DNA from: Nanobdellati archaeon
GTDB taxonomy: Archaea; B1Sed10-29; JAGVWA01
Assembly (NCBI GenBank): GCA_018304505.1
Contig: JAGVWA010000001.1
Span: forward strand, 85,960-149,959
DNA: 64,000 nt
Direction of reading: 5' to 3'
A model generated the notes under the pieces. That model was not told where the DNA came from. It worked only from the letters and a program-made list of their open reading frames with translations, and searched no databases. Made by a program: the position numbers and the translations under genes. Below are positions 1 to 9,693 of the stretch, piece by piece; the stretch's first letter is position 1; every line of letters begins with the position of its first letter.

Positions 1-1293
1 TGGCAACAGTGCCGTGCCAAGGTTTTTTCGTTCCCTGCTGACCTCGATTATTTGCTTCATGAAGTCAATGCCATTGGTTTTGAACACCCAGCTTCCTGGG
101 CTCGGCTGTGCAGTGTACTTGCCGTTCTCGATTACGAGACCCTCATTAACGTTGAAGTTGAAATTCCCGGTTACGTCATCGGCGCTGTGGGTACCCATAG
201 ACCGAATTGCGAGAATGCCCTTATCGACTGAAGACAGCATTTCTTCTAACGGGGTTTGGCCAGGCTCCATTATGAGGTTCGATGGAACGGGCCTTATTGA
301 ATTGCCTGTGCGTGCAGCGTTTCCTGTCGGCTCCTGATTTGCCTTTTGCGCAGTATCGAGGTCATTAACAAACATCTTGAAGACGCCGTTCTCGATCAGT
401 GTTTTTTTCCTTCCCGGAATGCCTTCATCATCGCAGCGATACGATCCTGTCATGTAGTCCTCCAGCGGGTTGTCATGGAGTGTTATTGGTAATTCTGACA
501 GCGTCATTCCACGTTCTAGTTTTGACAAGCCCTGTTGTTTCGTTAATAATGAGAAATGATTGCTGGCGATGCCTTCTAAGAGCTCTGCAACCGCGTCTGG
601 CGCCAGAATAATGACGGCGTTTTTCCTGTCAATGCCGATGTCCTCCGGGGACTTTTTGTCCTTCAGCACCCGTGCCAGGCATTCAGTTGGAACCCTCGAA
701 AAAGCATCGGGGGAGAGCATTTTCCCGGATTCCTCATATTCTAATTGCTCGTCGTTTATCCCGACCGCAAGCGAAACGCTAGTTCTAGCACCAGGCAGCG
801 GCTCTGCGTTTTTTGATGACTGAAAAATGGATTCTGAGTACTTAAGGGTCAGGTAAGCCTCAGCGGTTTCAAGTTCAACACCCTTGTATTTTGCCTCAGT
901 TTCTATTGTGTCAACCGCTGTTTGTATGAGCTGCTTGGCCCTGGCAGGGTCTTCAATTAGGGCCTTGATTTCGCTGTCCCAAAGCTCAACTTTCGCGGGC
1001 ACTACTTGGGGAAACTCCCTGACGCTTGCTTCTGAGTCTGACTCGAGGGCCTTCTTGACAGCGCTTTTCATTACCTGGGCATCAAAGCTGCTCACTGCCG
1101 CTGATGCTTTTTTGCCGCCCTTCACCATGTCAATCACCAGGGACTCGGCCTTGTCGCTCAACAGCGGCGTTATCTCCCGGTTTTTTGCCTTGAACTTAAG
1201 CGTCGTGTGTTCTGCGGCCTTGTACCGCCACTCGGTGACGCCGTTGCTACTAAGGGCGCTTATGACGTTCTTCGCTAGTTCTTCAGTATTCAT
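1..1293 (-). CDS. tldE: TldE/PmbA family protein (runs off window start)
   Basis: Manually translated open frame MNTEELAKNV...DDEGIPGRKKTLIENG...TGNA...PSNLIMEPG...TGNFNF. No HExxH motif; directly downstream of tldD. Confidence 0.85.
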   Translation of the reverse strand, partial: MNTEELAKNVISALSSNGVTEWRYKAAEHTTLKFKAKNREITPLLSDKAESLVIDMVKGGKKASAAVSSFDAQVMKSAVKKALESDSEASVREFPQVVPAKVELWDSEIKALIEDPARAKQLIQTAVDTIETEAKYKGVELETAEAYLTLKYSESIFQSSKNAEPLPGARTSVSLAVGINDEQLEYEESGKMLSPDAFSRVPTECLARVLKDKKSPEDIGIDRKNAVIILAPDAVAELLEGIASNHFSLLTKQQGLSKLERGMTLSELPITLHDNPLEDYMTGSYRCDDEGIPGRKKTLIENGVFKMFVNDLDTAQKANQEPTGNAARTGNSIRPVPSNLIMEPGQTPLEEMLSSVDKGILAIRSMGTHSADDVTGNFNFNVNEGLVIENGKYTAQPSPGSWVFKTNGIDFMKQIIEVSRERKNLGTALLP

Positions 1294-1311
1294 TATTACA
1301 TCCCCTTGCTG

Positions 1312-2790
1312 CTAGGCCTGCACCGTCAGGTTTATGTGTTCTGTTTTTTTGAACCTCGTGAACTCAGGGCCCCCGTCAGACACTGGCTTACGTTGGCCTT
1401 CCTTTCCGCAGTGCCCAATGCCATCAACGCTGATTTTACCGGCAAAGGCGTCTATGTCAAAGAGTGCCTTTTTGGTGTCCATGGAAATGGTTGCCGGTTT
1501 TAAGTATCCTGTGACTTTGCCGTTCTCGACGTAGTGTCCATAGGCTGCCGTAACGTTCATGTTTTCCTTTGCAACAGTGCCTCCGGTCATCCTATACAAG
1601 ATGACGCCTTTCTTTACGTCTTTTAGTAACTCGTGCAGCGATTCCTTGGTCATCGAGCCGTCTGCGGGCTCCAAGTAGGTGCAGTTCATCCTGGGAATCC
1701 TCGAAGAGCCTAATTGGGAGAACGCACCGCCGTTTGGCTTTTTCCCATACCTAGCCGCGGTTTCGCGGGAATGGATCATGCCGTTCAGCTTGCCGTTCTT
1801 GATTAAGTACTTCTTCTGCGGTTCATTACCCTCGTCGTCTATGTATTCGGAGCCGTGTTTTCCTTGCACATTGCCGTCGACGACGTTGACAAAGGGCGGC
1901 GCAATGACGTCCTGCTTTGGTTTTCCGTCCTTGCTCCAGAATGCACTAGAGCCGTCCCTGACAATGTCTGCCTCGAAAGGGTGGCCAATGGCCTCGTGCA
2001 TAAACGTGCCGATGACAGATGAGTGGACTATAACGTGGTCCAGTTCCCTTGTATCATTGCCTGTCATGGTTCGGGCATTGTGCAATTGAACTGACGCCTC
2101 GCAGGCTGTTTCAAACATCGCCTTTGTGGCCGCGTTTAGTGTGCCGTTTTCGTCAACGTAGTGCGAGATGTCCTCGGTCACTGACGTTGATTCCATGTTG
2201 TTTGTTATCGCGCCGTTTCTCTTTGTCTTGTAATAACAATACAGGCTGCTCCGGGGCAGCTCCTGGGTCTTGAACATGCCGTCAGTGTCTGCAATGATTT
2301 TTTGGTCTATCGCTGATGCCACAACAACGTCTGTCTTTATCTCTGTCCCAAGGTGCTCTTTTTCCTTTGCCCGCGCAATTTGCTCGAGCTGCTCTGCAAC
2401 ACGGGCCATGACCTTAGTCATATTCACTGTGCGCAGATCGACCTTCGCATTTGTTGAATAGTGCCCCTCCGTTGGCTCTATTGGGGCCAGCCTAAACTCG
2501 CCTTCTGGCTGCAGTTTCAGCAATGCGGCAGCCTTGTCTATTGCGCCTTTCAAATTGTCAGGGTTCGTCACGCTCAGCTCGATGTTCTGCCCGTTGTTGT
2601 TGACGAGGCGCATGTGCACCCCGACTGAATAGGTGTACGGCGTCATGTCGATCTTTTCAGGCAATTCCCTCGTCAATATGGCCCTGTGCGACGCCTCGTA
2701 AAGCAGATCTGCGTAATCGCATTTGGTCTTAGCATACTCCAGGGCCTCAGTGATCTTGGACCTGAGTTTTTCGTAGAATTCTTGCACCAT
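1312..2790 (-). CDS. tldD: TldD family metalloprotease
   Basis: HEAIGH zinc motif, DDEG, PRM, CGKEGQ..PVSDGGP; start chosen at MVQEF. Confidence 0.92.
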   Translation of the reverse strand: MVQEFYEKLRSKITEALEYAKTKCDYADLLYEASHRAILTRELPEKIDMTPYTYSVGVHMRLVNNNGQNIELSVTNPDNLKGAIDKAAALLKLQPEGEFRLAPIEPTEGHYSTNAKVDLRTVNMTKVMARVAEQLEQIARAKEKEHLGTEIKTDVVVASAIDQKIIADTDGMFKTQELPRSSLYCYYKTKRNGAITNNMESTSVTEDISHYVDENGTLNAATKAMFETACEASVQLHNARTMTGNDTRELDHVIVHSSVIGTFMHEAIGHPFEADIVRDGSSAFWSKDGKPKQDVIAPPFVNVVDGNVQGKHGSEYIDDEGNEPQKKYLIKNGKLNGMIHSRETAARYGKKPNGGAFSQLGSSRIPRMNCTYLEPADGSMTKESLHELLKDVKKGVILYRMTGGTVAKENMNVTAAYGHYVENGKVTGYLKPATISMDTKKALFDIDAFAGKISVDGIGHCGKEGQRKPVSDGGPEFTRFKKTEHINLTVQA

Positions 2791-2803
2791 CGTCACTACC
2801 CCC

Positions 2804-3163
2804 CTACAGCCACCCGAAAAACGTTGCAATCAACAAGGCTCCGACACCGCCGACACCGCCAAGGACCGTGACGAGGATAACAAGCCCATTCATGGGAATC
2901 GGCACGTTGAACAAGTACACTATAATAAGTAGCGCCGCGACGCCCGCGATCGAGTTGACGACGAGGTTCTTGAGCATGTTGAAGATCATGAACGCCAAAA
3001 CGAAGAGTATGACTGCGGCCACGATAAGCGTGAAGTCGCCCTGGAAGCACTTTATGGGCTCGCTCAGGTCACAACCTGCCAGCCTCGAAACAGTGCTTGA
3101 AACAAAACCCGTGGCCACGTCACCTACCAGATCCCCTGTGATGTTCGACACCGCATCAACCAT
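2804..3163 (-). CDS. small membrane protein, BofA-like
   Basis: Hydrophobic helices with the NSIAG..L...IPMN..LGGVGG pattern. Confidence 0.6.
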   Translation of the reverse strand: MVDAVSNITGDLVGDVATGFVSSTVSRLAGCDLSEPIKCFQGDFTLIVAAVILFVLAFMIFNMLKNLVVNSIAGVAALLIIVYLFNVPIPMNGLVILVTVLGGVGGVGALLIATFFGWL

Positions 3164-3199
3164 ACGCCTTTATAAGGCCCCCATATTATAAAAGCCTTC

Positions 3200-3853
3200 A
3201 TGTACACTGAGGAACAGGAAAAGATAGCTCGATTATTGCTGAAAGGCCAAAAAACTGTTGAGGACTTGCGCGACGAACTCGACATGCCTGCTGCGGACCT
3301 GCTCAGCGGACTCAAGGAGCTCATCAAGCTCAGGGTTGTGGAAAAACAGGGCAACAACTACAAGCTGATAGACAAGATAACTGCAACTGCTTCTGACGAC
3401 ATTGAAGAGCACTTCAAGCTTCACATGATCATAGAAGGAAGCGGGCCTGAAAAGGACGCCGTGGAAAAGCAGATGAACCTCATGACCCAAAGGCTGAAGG
3501 CCGACAGGATCAAGATCACTATGTTCGAGAAATCCGAGATGCTCAAGACCGACGTTGGTTATAACCAGCACATCGACATCGAGTTCTACGTGCCAGAATT
3601 TCAGGATGCCGTGAAGATGGTCATGAACTACGGGCCGACAATTGTTGAGGTACTGGAACCCAGGGAGACCGAGATTACGGCCGAGACCATGGAAAGGGCC
3701 CTCCAAGAGCTCACAGCATCAGTACACTATTACAGCGAATGGATCGCCAAGTACGAGATGGCAGTCCAGGAGTTGACGAAGAAGCTCAAGGAGACCGCAG
3801 GGGTCGAGAACGTGCTTTTCAGGGACACTACGCAAAAAAAATCGAGGTCCTGA
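3200..3853 (+). CDS. winged-helix domain fused to conserved archaeal hypothetical domain
   Basis: N-terminal wHTH-like pattern; C-terminal MIIEG...YGPTIVEVLEP; TATA about 25 nt upstream. Confidence 0.6.
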   Translation: MYTEEQEKIARLLLKGQKTVEDLRDELDMPAADLLSGLKELIKLRVVEKQGNNYKLIDKITATASDDIEEHFKLHMIIEGSGPEKDAVEKQMNLMTQRLKADRIKITMFEKSEMLKTDVGYNQHIDIEFYVPEFQDAVKMVMNYGPTIVEVLEPRETEITAETMERALQELTASVHYYSEWIAKYEMAVQELTKKLKETAGVENVLFRDTTQKKSRS

Positions 3854-3994
3854 AGGCCTAAAATCACAAGGCACGGCCACCCAGAGGGCAAGGTATATAT
3901 ACCCTTTACGTCAAAAGGAGTAAAAACAACCCGAAAAAGGCGAAAAACTTAGGCAAATGCCGAAGTCAACATAGACAAAAACGCTATGTAGTAC

Positions 3995-4012
3995 CAAAAG
4001 CTTTATATATAG
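3995..4012 (+). promoter_or_regulatory. BRE-TATA promoter of S-layer gene
   Basis: CAAAAGCTTTATATATAG upstream; GGAGG SD before ATG 4115. Confidence 0.5.
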
Positions 4013-4114
4013 AAAATCGATGATGTTTACGAAGCCTAGACTTTGTTCTGGGCTTCTGTAAATCTTGATATACAAGAAAACAAAAAAACAAAAATAAAAA
4101 ATGGAGGAAATACC

Positions 4115-6898
4115 ATGAAAAGCTTGAACATAAAGCGAGCAGCAGCAGTTGCAAGTGGCCTTGCAATGGTTGGAAGCATGATAGCTCCTGGTATCGCTCA
4201 AGTATCAGTAGGCGACGGCGTTGCCAACTTGGTTAGCACTATGAAGTCTAACCTGGACGCAACACAATGTGTCGTCGGTACAAACGGAGCAGCAATCAGT
4301 GACGGTGTACAATGTGCAAAAGTTGTACAGGCACTAATGGCTGCAAACTACGTCGCATCAGCAGACGGCCTCTCAACAGACACAACTGGAGTAGGCGCAA
4401 CATCTACAGGCGACAAGTCTGTTACAGTAACTGTAGCAGGCGGAACAACAGGCACGGTAAAATCACAAACAACCAGCACAAGAGTCGTAGAAATGACCCG
4501 AACCGCGGCTGGAACAGGAGCACCTGCAGTCTACCTAACCGATGAAACAAACAAGACAATCGGACAATCAGAGTTCCCAGACGCACTAAGCAAGACAACA
4601 ATACAGAGCACTGTAAACGGCAGCTCGGACACATACGTGTACGAGGAAAAGATCTGGCTCTGGAACGTGAACGCACAATACCTCGAAGCAACGTCCACAA
4701 CCTACCCAGGACACGGACTATACTTCGTAGCACCATATACTGAACCCGGAGCAACTGGAGAAACAGGACAATCTACAAGTGCAGCCATTGAATATGGTAT
4801 TGAATTCTCCGGAAATGGAATAAAGACCGGCTCTGGTTGGAGCTACCTAGAATCGCCAAGCATTGTAATGTTTGGCAAGGAATTTGGTCTTGACACATCA
4901 AACACAAGAGATGGACAAGCAAAACTATTCCAAGGTGGAACCACAAGCCTGAACTCCGGAGAAACAGTAGTAACAGCTGAGGGCGTGTCAGTAACCTTCA
5001 CCACAGGATCAAAAGTGGGCACAACCGTCTACGGACAATTCAAGGTAGAGGGAACATACTCTGACGGAACAACCTACAGCTTCTCAACAAGCCAACTAGC
5101 AGCAGGGCAAAGCCAAGAATTCGGAAGTGGAACAAAACAAATAACCGTATTCGTAGACTTTGTCGGTGAAGTAGGCACAGGAACATACACTGGAAGGGTA
5201 AGGGTCGGTGCAGCAACAATAACACTAACAGAAGGCTCACCAGTGCCAGCAGCATTCGGAGACGACCGATGGTACGTGTCTGAAGTCAATGGAACCAACA
5301 CATCAACAGCAATAGCTGGTTACGTAAAAAGAATCAAGTTCAGATACGGTAACCCAGCATACACCACAAAACTAGAACGAGGACAATTCGACACAAGCAC
5401 ACAGTACGGCCTAGCACAAGGGGTAACTGTAAACGGACCAAAGAACCTAGGAACAGGCGAAGGATACCTCTTTGACTTGGCAATGACCGGCTTTGGCTCA
5501 ACAAGCAGCCAAGTAGACACAACCGCAGTAAAACTGCAAGGCTCTGGATCAACTACAGCTGAGCAATACATCCGAGCAGAATGGACCTCAAGAGATGGAA
5601 CAGCAAACGTTTTTGCACCAAGCACAGGGGCATTTGCAGTGTTTGCAGTCAACGAAACCGCATCTTTAGGTGTTACAATGACACCAACAACACCAACAAC
5701 AATAGTTAACGACAAGGTCGTAGAGTTCGTCAATGTCGACGACTCAACATCAAGCAACGTCAAGGTAACACTGCGCGTAGGTGGTTTAGGTGGAGAACAG
5801 GTAACCTTTAGCGGTTTCGCAAACGCTAGCGGTGACTCACAAACAGGCCTAAGTGTATGGGACAAGGGAGCAAACCCAATCACCTGTACAATAACCATCA
5901 ACTCAGTAACCAGCGTAACACTAGGCTTTGCAGGAACAACGGCAGCAACGTCAGACGCCTCAAGCGGACTCTGTGACTCACATCCAAACATCATCCCAGT
6001 AGGCGACGCAACAAGGATAACCAACACTGGTGGCAGTGTGCCATACCTCGACATGCTGGGTGCAAAAAATGGGACATACGCAGATGGGTCAGCCATCATA
6101 GTTGACTTGGCCGGCAACGTAACCTTCACTGACGACCAACGAGACTGGAGCTATATTAGACTAGTTGAACCAAATGGAGACAACATAACAGCAGTCTACG
6201 ACAGGGATGTCACTGGTGACATAGATGACACAAGCGACACAGCAGGACAAGGTTTCTTGCTGTACAACGTCCTAGCACCAAACGAATCTGGTTACCTAAA
6301 CTTGACTGGAGCAACAGCAATGGTCCACCAAGTAGCAAGCACAAACGAGGCTAACATCTACGAAAACAACAAGTACCACACAACCAGAGGCGGATCTGTG
6401 ATCGACGGCGCAACAAGGTCATCACTAACACTGGACGTGCCAGAAACAAGCACAGGCAGGAACGTCATCTTGGAAATCACCAAGACCGCAGCAGCGCCAA
6501 CAGGCGAAGCAGTAGAAGCTGGCGACCAGGTAGTGTCTGAAGGAGGCATCGTGAGCGGAGTAACAATCAAGTCAATCACATGCCCAACAGCAACAGTAAC
6601 TGGCCTCGACTCAGTAACCGTAGTCGGCGGAGCAGGTGGGGCCCTCTTTGAGAGGCAAGCAGCTCTGACACCAGGCAGCTTGATCGCAACAGACACCACA
6701 GCAACAGCAACCTACCAGATCGTTGTCGGTGGACCATTCGTCAACAGAGTGGCACAGGCCATGGCAGCTGGACAAAGCACAACAGAACTCGGCGCACAAG
6801 TACTTGCAGCAGAAAGCAACAAAATCTTAGCAGCAGGATACTCTGGAACTGACACAGCAGCAGCAGTCGACGAACTGATCAAATTGCTACGAGCGTAA
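4115..6898 (+). CDS. S-layer glycoprotein
   Basis: Leader MKSLNIKRAAAVASG; C-terminal IVVGGPFVN...AGYSGTDTAAA S-layer motif; Thr/Gly-rich; many N-x-S/T sequons; strong A-ending codon bias. Confidence 0.88.
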   Translation: MKSLNIKRAAAVASGLAMVGSMIAPGIAQVSVGDGVANLVSTMKSNLDATQCVVGTNGAAISDGVQCAKVVQALMAANYVASADGLSTDTTGVGATSTGDKSVTVTVAGGTTGTVKSQTTSTRVVEMTRTAAGTGAPAVYLTDETNKTIGQSEFPDALSKTTIQSTVNGSSDTYVYEEKIWLWNVNAQYLEATSTTYPGHGLYFVAPYTEPGATGETGQSTSAAIEYGIEFSGNGIKTGSGWSYLESPSIVMFGKEFGLDTSNTRDGQAKLFQGGTTSLNSGETVVTAEGVSVTFTTGSKVGTTVYGQFKVEGTYSDGTTYSFSTSQLAAGQSQEFGSGTKQITVFVDFVGEVGTGTYTGRVRVGAATITLTEGSPVPAAFGDDRWYVSEVNGTNTSTAIAGYVKRIKFRYGNPAYTTKLERGQFDTSTQYGLAQGVTVNGPKNLGTGEGYLFDLAMTGFGSTSSQVDTTAVKLQGSGSTTAEQYIRAEWTSRDGTANVFAPSTGAFAVFAVNETASLGVTMTPTTPTTIVNDKVVEFVNVDDSTSSNVKVTLRVGGLGGEQVTFSGFANASGDSQTGLSVWDKGANPITCTITINSVTSVTLGFAGTTAATSDASSGLCDSHPNIIPVGDATRITNTGGSVPYLDMLGAKNGTYADGSAIIVDLAGNVTFTDDQRDWSYIRLVEPNGDNITAVYDRDVTGDIDDTSDTAGQGFLLYNVLAPNESGYLNLTGATAMVHQVASTNEANIYENNKYHTTRGGSVIDGATRSSLTLDVPETSTGRNVILEITKTAAAPTGEAVEAGDQVVSEGGIVSGVTIKSITCPTATVTGLDSVTVVGGAGGALFERQAALTPGSLIATDTTATATYQIVVGGPFVNRVAQAMAAGQSTTELGAQVLAAESNKILAAGYSGTDTAAAVDELIKLLRA

Positions 6899-6922
6899 GC
6901 TAGTAGATAAAACCCAAAAAAT

Positions 6923-7040
6923 AAAAAAGGGAAAAACCCTTTAGGGACGCGCGAGGCGCAGGCTCCGACACGGAGCAGCAGGCCACAAAAGCGCCCACCC
7001 CTATTGTTTTTCCCTTTTTTCTATTATCTTTTTTTATTTT
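6923..7040 (+). terminator. long 3'-UTR stem-loop followed by T-tracts
   Basis: AAAAAAGGGAAAAA (6923-36) pairs with TTTTTCCCTTTTTT (7007-20); nested inner stems. Confidence 0.6.
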
Positions 7041-7093
7041 CTCTACAACAGAAAGCGATAGCTATAAAAAGCGAATAAAAGACAACTGATTGC

Positions 7094-7603
7094 ATGAACA
7101 AAAAAACAACAGCTGTAATGCTCATAGTAGCAGGCCTCCTAATCGCAAACCTGCTGATTTTCGGAGGCTTCATAACAAAGCCCAGTACGCTGGTGTACAA
7201 GGACGCAGAAATCATTGGCCAGAATGACGTGGAGCTAGAAATCCTTCAGGCACTCTCCAAACCAAAAATAGTCCTCATTGCAGAAGGCGACAAGGAAGCA
7301 TCGCAAAAAACCCTGGCAACAACCAACGCCCTCGTGGGGCTGGTCAAGGCCTTGCCTGGAAAGCAAACCGAAATCCTAGGCATTGAGTACCAAAACGGCG
7401 AAGTCGTGAATTGCGTAGACAATGACCTTGAGTACTGCTTAAACCGCGTGCCTGGAGAAGACGAACTCCTAATATTACTTAAGTATCCCAATTACCAACA
7501 CAACCGAATCCTGATAAATGGCAACACCCTCGAGTTTCAGGCCAAGTCCGGGGTCGAGGTGCTGGCCTTAACTCAACTCTTCGAAAAGGCCTTCATAAAG
7601 TGA
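7094..7603 (+). CDS. membrane-anchored hypothetical protein
   Basis: Single N-terminal TM/signal segment. Confidence 0.7.
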   Translation: MNKKTTAVMLIVAGLLIANLLIFGGFITKPSTLVYKDAEIIGQNDVELEILQALSKPKIVLIAEGDKEASQKTLATTNALVGLVKALPGKQTEILGIEYQNGEVVNCVDNDLEYCLNRVPGEDELLILLKYPNYQHNRILINGNTLEFQAKSGVEVLALTQLFEKAFIK

Positions 7604-7610
7604 GACAAAT

Positions 7611-8516
7611 ATGAAGAATTTCGCGTGGCTTTTACTCAGTTTTCTCATTCTTGCTGCAATCTATGCGCTGACAGGGCCCGAAATCGCCCTTCACAACCTC
7701 AACTTTACCTCAATAGCTGTTGCTGAACTGGCCCTGCTTTCATCAATCTGGGCGTGGGGAATAGCCTGGGGTTTCATCCTGGGGCTAACTCCAAAACAAG
7801 CCCTGAAAAGCAACACCCGGGCGATGCTTGGAATCTTCGCCCCCCTTGGCTTTGGGGCAGATGCCATCAGGGCAATGGAAGGCAAGCGCTATGGTTTGAG
7901 AAAGCGCGAATCAATCAGCGCCAGCTTCATTGTAAAGCTCTTCAAATTTTTACTAATGCTGCTCTTTTTGGGGTTCTCCATCCTGCTACTGAAAACATTA
8001 TCAATAGAGCCTGGCCAACAGATCTCGCTGTTCATAGGCGCAATCGTCTTCACGAGCCTCGGAATCCTCTTCATCATCGCCGCGTCCATGCCGGACATTG
8101 CACGCCTCATTGGAAAAAAATTCAAAAAGAGCACTCTGCTCGACTTCCAACAAGAGCTCTACAACCAGCTGAAACAAATGAGCTTAAAGAAATCAATACA
8201 ATTAACCCTCATTTTGCTCGCTTCATCATTGCTAGAAATCACAGCCGTGTTGTTTACCTTTGACGCAATCTCGAGGCCAGTAACGAGCATCCATGCGTTC
8301 ATTTATTCTGCAATCTCGCACTCGCTGGCCCTAATAACCGTGACGCCGCAGGGCCTTGGCTTTGTCGAAACAGGATCATATCTGGTGCTGCAGAGCGGTT
8401 TCTTTTCATTCCCCGCAAAGGCTATCGGCCTCTTCATCATACTGTGGGCCATAATCCGAATATGGGTACCCAGCCTCCTCGGCCTAGCGTCATACAAGCT
8501 GCTCAGGCACGATTAA
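7611..8516 (+). CDS. lysylphosphatidylglycerol-synthase-TM / flippase-like membrane protein (UPF0104)
   Basis: Multi-TM; P.G.GAD.IR and TPQGLGFVE motifs. Confidence 0.75.
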   Translation: MKNFAWLLLSFLILAAIYALTGPEIALHNLNFTSIAVAELALLSSIWAWGIAWGFILGLTPKQALKSNTRAMLGIFAPLGFGADAIRAMEGKRYGLRKRESISASFIVKLFKFLLMLLFLGFSILLLKTLSIEPGQQISLFIGAIVFTSLGILFIIAASMPDIARLIGKKFKKSTLLDFQQELYNQLKQMSLKKSIQLTLILLASSLLEITAVLFTFDAISRPVTSIHAFIYSAISHSLALITVTPQGLGFVETGSYLVLQSGFFSFPAKAIGLFIILWAIIRIWVPSLLGLASYKLLRHD

Positions 8517-8562
8517 AAGCTTTATATACACCGCTGTGCAGAAAGAACATTGGTGCGTAAGA

Positions 8563-9231
8563 ATGCCCAAAATAAGCGTAGTGATACCTGCTTTTAACGA
8601 GGAAAAGCACATTCGGGCAGGGGCCCTGGAGAAAATCGAGGCTGATGAGATCATCGTGGTTAATGACGGATCTACAGACAACACCGAGGAAGCCATCAAG
8701 AAAGCCATGAGCCGAGACGAGCGCATCACCCTGATTTCATACGAACAAAACCGTGGTAAGGGTTACGCAATGCGCCAGGGGGCTCTTGCTGCGGCTAATG
8801 ACACGATTGTGTTCACTGAATCTGACAGGCAGTTCTCACACAGCGACATTCCAAAACTCGCCCAGGCCCTTGAAAACGCAGACATTGTAATTGGAAAACG
8901 AGAAAACAAGCACAGCATCCCAAATAGACGCCGCATGAACCTGTTTTTGACAAAACTCGCCACCTTCCTTGCAACCGGCCACTGGTACCACGATCCGCTT
9001 AGTGGTTTCCGGGCCATCAGAAAAAAGGACTTTGAAGCCCTGGGCCTGCACGAGGACAGGTTCAACATAGAGGCTGAAATGAACACAAAGGCCATCTGGA
9101 GAGGCCTGCGCAGAATCAAATACGTCCCCGTTATTGTAACTTATCACAGCAAGGAGTTCAACAAATTCAATTGGAAGGACGCGAAGAGCCTTGCCAAATA
9201 CCTAACACGGGCAGTTTTTAGACGCGCGTAA
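8563..9231 (+). CDS. GT2 glycosyltransferase (Dol-P-sugar synthase-like)
   Basis: SVVIPAFNEE, VNDGSTD, NRGKGYA, DPLSGFR. Confidence 0.9.
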   Translation: MPKISVVIPAFNEEKHIRAGALEKIEADEIIVVNDGSTDNTEEAIKKAMSRDERITLISYEQNRGKGYAMRQGALAAANDTIVFTESDRQFSHSDIPKLAQALENADIVIGKRENKHSIPNRRRMNLFLTKLATFLATGHWYHDPLSGFRAIRKKDFEALGLHEDRFNIEAEMNTKAIWRGLRRIKYVPVIVTYHSKEFNKFNWKDAKSLAKYLTRAVFRRA

Positions 9232-9258
9232 CAGCGCAGACAGCATGACGGTGTAACA

Positions 9259-9693
9259 ATGCAGCTCCAAGACGAAGTACCAAAGCACGACAACATTGTG
9301 TACGTAGCTTTGATTGCCCTATCGATATACTCTCTGTACACTGTTTTCACGTACTCGCTTATCGACACCAAGGCCACTTACACAATGCGCTTCATCAACA
9401 AACCAGAAGCCCTTAATGCAACGCAGAATTTAGACTTTTCAGTATCCCTCAGAACAGACGCTAGCATCCCCGTGAATTTCACTACACTCGTACTTATTGA
9501 TGGAATTATCGTGGAAAGCGACAGCAAAACAATTGGCCCGCAAAGCGAAAACACACTGCAATTTTCGTTAGCAAATCCCGGTGTTGGAAAACACCGTGTA
9601 CTGTTAAAGGTATTTGATCCTCTGCGGGATTACGATTCTTATTCCAGCAGGGCACGGCCATACGAATTATACTTCAACGTTGATGTGAAATGA
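9259..9693 (+). CDS. membrane-anchored Ig-like hypothetical protein
   Basis: One TM plus beta-rich domain. Confidence 0.6.
   Translation: MQLQDEVPKHDNIVYVALIALSIYSLYTVFTYSLIDTKATYTMRFINKPEALNATQNLDFSVSLRTDASIPVNFTTLVLIDGIIVESDSKTIGPQSENTLQFSLANPGVGKHRVLLKVFDPLRDYDSYSSRARPYELYFNVDVK

Noticed and set aside
5320-6129. Long antisense ORFs (also 43181-44023 and 41030-41770)
   Set aside because: Shadows of codon-biased sense genes.
6958-6984. SRP RNA helix 8 resemblance (CAGG...AGCAG)
   Set aside because: No GNRA tetraloop, wrong stem length and no helix 6.
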